Shown in pieces: positions 37,067 through 38,829 of a stretch of DNA of 38,829 nucleotides. The stretch's first letter is position 1. Each line of letters starts with the position of its first letter. The notes beneath the pieces are model-generated. The model saw only the letters and a program-made list of their open reading frames with translations. It was not told the DNA's origin and ran no database searches. This DNA comes from Escherichia phage N7: sequence record MH717096.1. One strand, written 5' to 3'. A program made the translations under genes and the position numbers.

Positions 37067-37526
37067 TCAACGTAAGGCGTTCCTCGATATGCTGGCGTGG
37101 TCAGAGGGGACAGATAACGGACGTCAGAAAACCAGAAATCATGGTTATGACGTCATTGTTGGCGGAGAGCTATTTACTGATTACTCCGATCACCCTCGCA
37201 AACTTGTCACGCTAAACCCAAAACTCAAATCAACAGCCGCCGGACGTTACCAGCTTCTTTCCCGTTGGTGGGATGCCTACCGCAAGCAGCTTGGCCTGAA
37301 AGACTTCTCTCCTAAAAGCCAGGATGCTGTTGCATTGCAGCAGATTAAGGAGCGTGGCGCTTTACCGATGATTGACCGCGGTGATATTCGTCAGGCTATC
37401 GACCGTTGCAGCAATATCTGGGCTTCACTGCCGGGCGCTGGTTATGGTCAGTTCGAGCATAAGGCTGACAACCTGATTGCAAAATTCAAAGAAGCTGGCG
37501 GAACGGTCAGAGAGATTGAGATATGA
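37050..37526 (+). CDS. R: endolysin R (lytic transglycosylase)
   Basis: 158 aa [34 protein letters not shown]... matches recalled lambda R; overlaps S. Confidence 0.9.
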   Translation: MVEINNQRKAFLDMLAWSEGTDNGRQKTRNHGYDVIVGGELFTDYSDHPRKLVTLNPKLKSTAAGRYQLLSRWWDAYRKQLGLKDFSPKSQDAVALQQIKERGALPMIDRGDIRQAIDRCSNIWASLPGAGYGQFEHKADNLIAKFKEAGGTVREIEI

Positions 37527-37960
37527 GCAGAGTAACCGCGATTATCTCCGCTCTGGTTATCTGCATCATCGTCTGCCTGTCATGGGCTGTTAATCATTAC
37601 CGTGATAATGCAATCGCCTACAAAGAGCAGCGCGATAAAGCCACATCCACAATCGCTGACATGCAGAAGCGTCAACGTGATGTAGCAGAACTAGACGCCA
37701 GATATACAAAGGAGCTTGCTGATGCTAACGCGACTATCGAAAGTCTCCGTGATGATGTTTCTGCTGGGCGTAAGCGCCTGCAAGTCGCCGCCACCTGTGC
37801 AAAGTCAACGACCGGAGCCAGCGGCATGGGCGATGGAGAAAGCCCAAGACTTACAGCAGATGCTGAACTCAATTATTACCGTCTCCGAAGTGGAATCGAC
37901 AGGATAACCGCGCAGGTTAACTACCTGCAGGAGTACATCAGGACGCAATGCCTGAAATAA
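37523..37960 (+). CDS. Rz: spanin inner-membrane subunit Rz
   Basis: [30 protein letters not shown]... N-terminal TM then coiled coil, as in lambda Rz. Confidence 0.8.
   Translation: MSRVTAIISALVICIIVCLSWAVNHYRDNAIAYKEQRDKATSTIADMQKRQRDVAELDARYTKELADANATIESLRDDVSAGRKRLQVAATCAKSTTGASGMGDGESPRLTADAELNYYRLRSGIDRITAQVNYLQEYIRTQCLK
37722..37907 (+). CDS. Rz1: spanin outer-membrane lipoprotein Rz1 (embedded in +1 frame of Rz)
   Basis: ATG at 37722 after AAGGAG; signal peptide with lipobox LLGVSA|C; proline-rich mature part. Confidence 0.6.
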   Translation: MLTRLSKVSVMMFLLGVSACKSPPPVQSQRPEPAAWAMEKAQDLQQMLNSIITVSEVESTG

Positions 37961-37996
37961 TCGGGCGATGAAAAACAAAAAAAACAGGAGCAATAC

Positions 37997-38272
37997 ATGA
38001 CTAAGCTTTATCACCGCATCTCAACTTTTCTCTCTGGTTGCTGGGCGTTCATCACGTCTATTTCGTTCGCCATCTTTAGTTTCGGTAGCACAGCGTGCTC
38101 GCTTAGTCGGGGTCTGTGGCGTGCTATTTCAGCACTAGCGCCGAAATTTTTACCTGAAAAGGCTGTTTGGCGAATTGTAGAGCGAATGTGTAGTGAGAGC
38201 GTTCGCGAGAAGATTAACGTATTTGGACGTCATCCTCGAAATACAGGCGCATTGTGCAGTCCGTTACTGTAG
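37997..38272 (+). CDS. hypothetical protein (91 aa)
   Basis: SD CAGGAG 7 nt before ATG; hydrophobic N-terminal half; post-lysis moron position. Confidence 0.35.
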   Translation: MTKLYHRISTFLSGCWAFITSISFAIFSFGSTACSLSRGLWRAISALAPKFLPEKAVWRIVERMCSESVREKINVFGRHPRNTGALCSPLL

Positions 38273-38566
38273 TCATTACAAAGCCCATCTACGGGTGGGC
38301 TTGATAATGAAACCGGAATTTATTCTGGGAAACCAGTTACGGCAGTACCGCGAAACAACCCAAGCCAGTAAGTGGGGAAATAACACTGGCAGCCACTGAA
38401 AGATGAACCTCCAGCCTTATGGCAAAAAAGATTCTTTGTGGTGGCGGACTGATGGAAAGACATCGGTTATTGCAGAGGCCATTCAATGAGTGGTCTCGAC
38501 AATGGCTTATACCCTACACGGGATAACTTAACTGATATCCCTTTTAACGGATAAACGGAGCCAACA

Positions 38567-38809
38567 ATGGCAGAGATTATTCCCATGACTGAAGAACAGA
38601 AATTCAAGTTAGAAATTTACCGACTGCTATCTAAGAACAATTCAGCGGCAGAGGAAGCTTTTGCATTCATTGGTGCTGACCAACTGAAACTGGAATTGTT
38701 CAAGTTGCACTACAATGATGGCGGTGCAAATCCAGACTTCACATCTCGCACTATCGAAGCGGTGCGTAAATCGAAGGAAGCGTTAGACCTGTTCACCACC
38801 GGAGCATAA
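38567..38809 (+). CDS. hypothetical protein (80 aa) upstream of terS
   Basis: SD GGAG before ATG; stop 2 nt before the terS ATG at 38812. Confidence 0.45.
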   Translation: MAEIIPMTEEQKFKLEIYRLLSKNNSAAEEAFAFIGADQLKLELFKLHYNDGGANPDFTSRTIEAVRKSKEALDLFTTGA

Positions 38810-38811
38810 AC

Positions 38812-38829
38812 ATGGCGCGCCCAACAAAG
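38812..38829 (+). CDS. terminase small subunit, first 6 codons (MARPTK), continuing at nt 1
   Basis: ATG GCG CGC CCA ACA AAG ends exactly at the window end; frame 1 from nt 1 continues without a stop to 423. Confidence 0.5.

Overview
The window appears to be a complete, circularly permuted genome (38,829 bp) of a P22-like lambdoid temperate phage of Enterobacteriaceae, linearised inside the small-terminase gene. No tools were available: every homology statement rests on recalled reference proteins and on motifs read directly from the sequence, and coordinates of features not in the ORF track may be off by a few nt. Plus-strand order: terS/terL, portal, scaffold, coat, tail-hub and needle genes, three ejection proteins; then a minus-strand mnt operon carrying a 3-gene AT-rich accessory cassette, arc, ant and a mosaic tailspike. 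After that come an AT-rich truncated ORF, integrase, a candidate attP and xis; a minus-strand early-left operon (small genes, HNH-domain protein, ssb, erf, cIII, coiled-coil protein, ral, N); a P22-type immC (c2, cro, c1); replication (O with ori iterons, DnaC-like loader); a nin region (ninB, dam, rusA, Q); pR'/tR'; an HNH homing endonuclease; and lambda-type lysis genes S, R, Rz/Rz1. No CRISPR array, rRNA or complete tRNA gene was seen. The best candidates for something undescribed are the mnt-operon accessory cassette (13690-14931), the attP architecture with a tRNA-3'-end-like core between xis and int, and the HNH insertion in the late leader.
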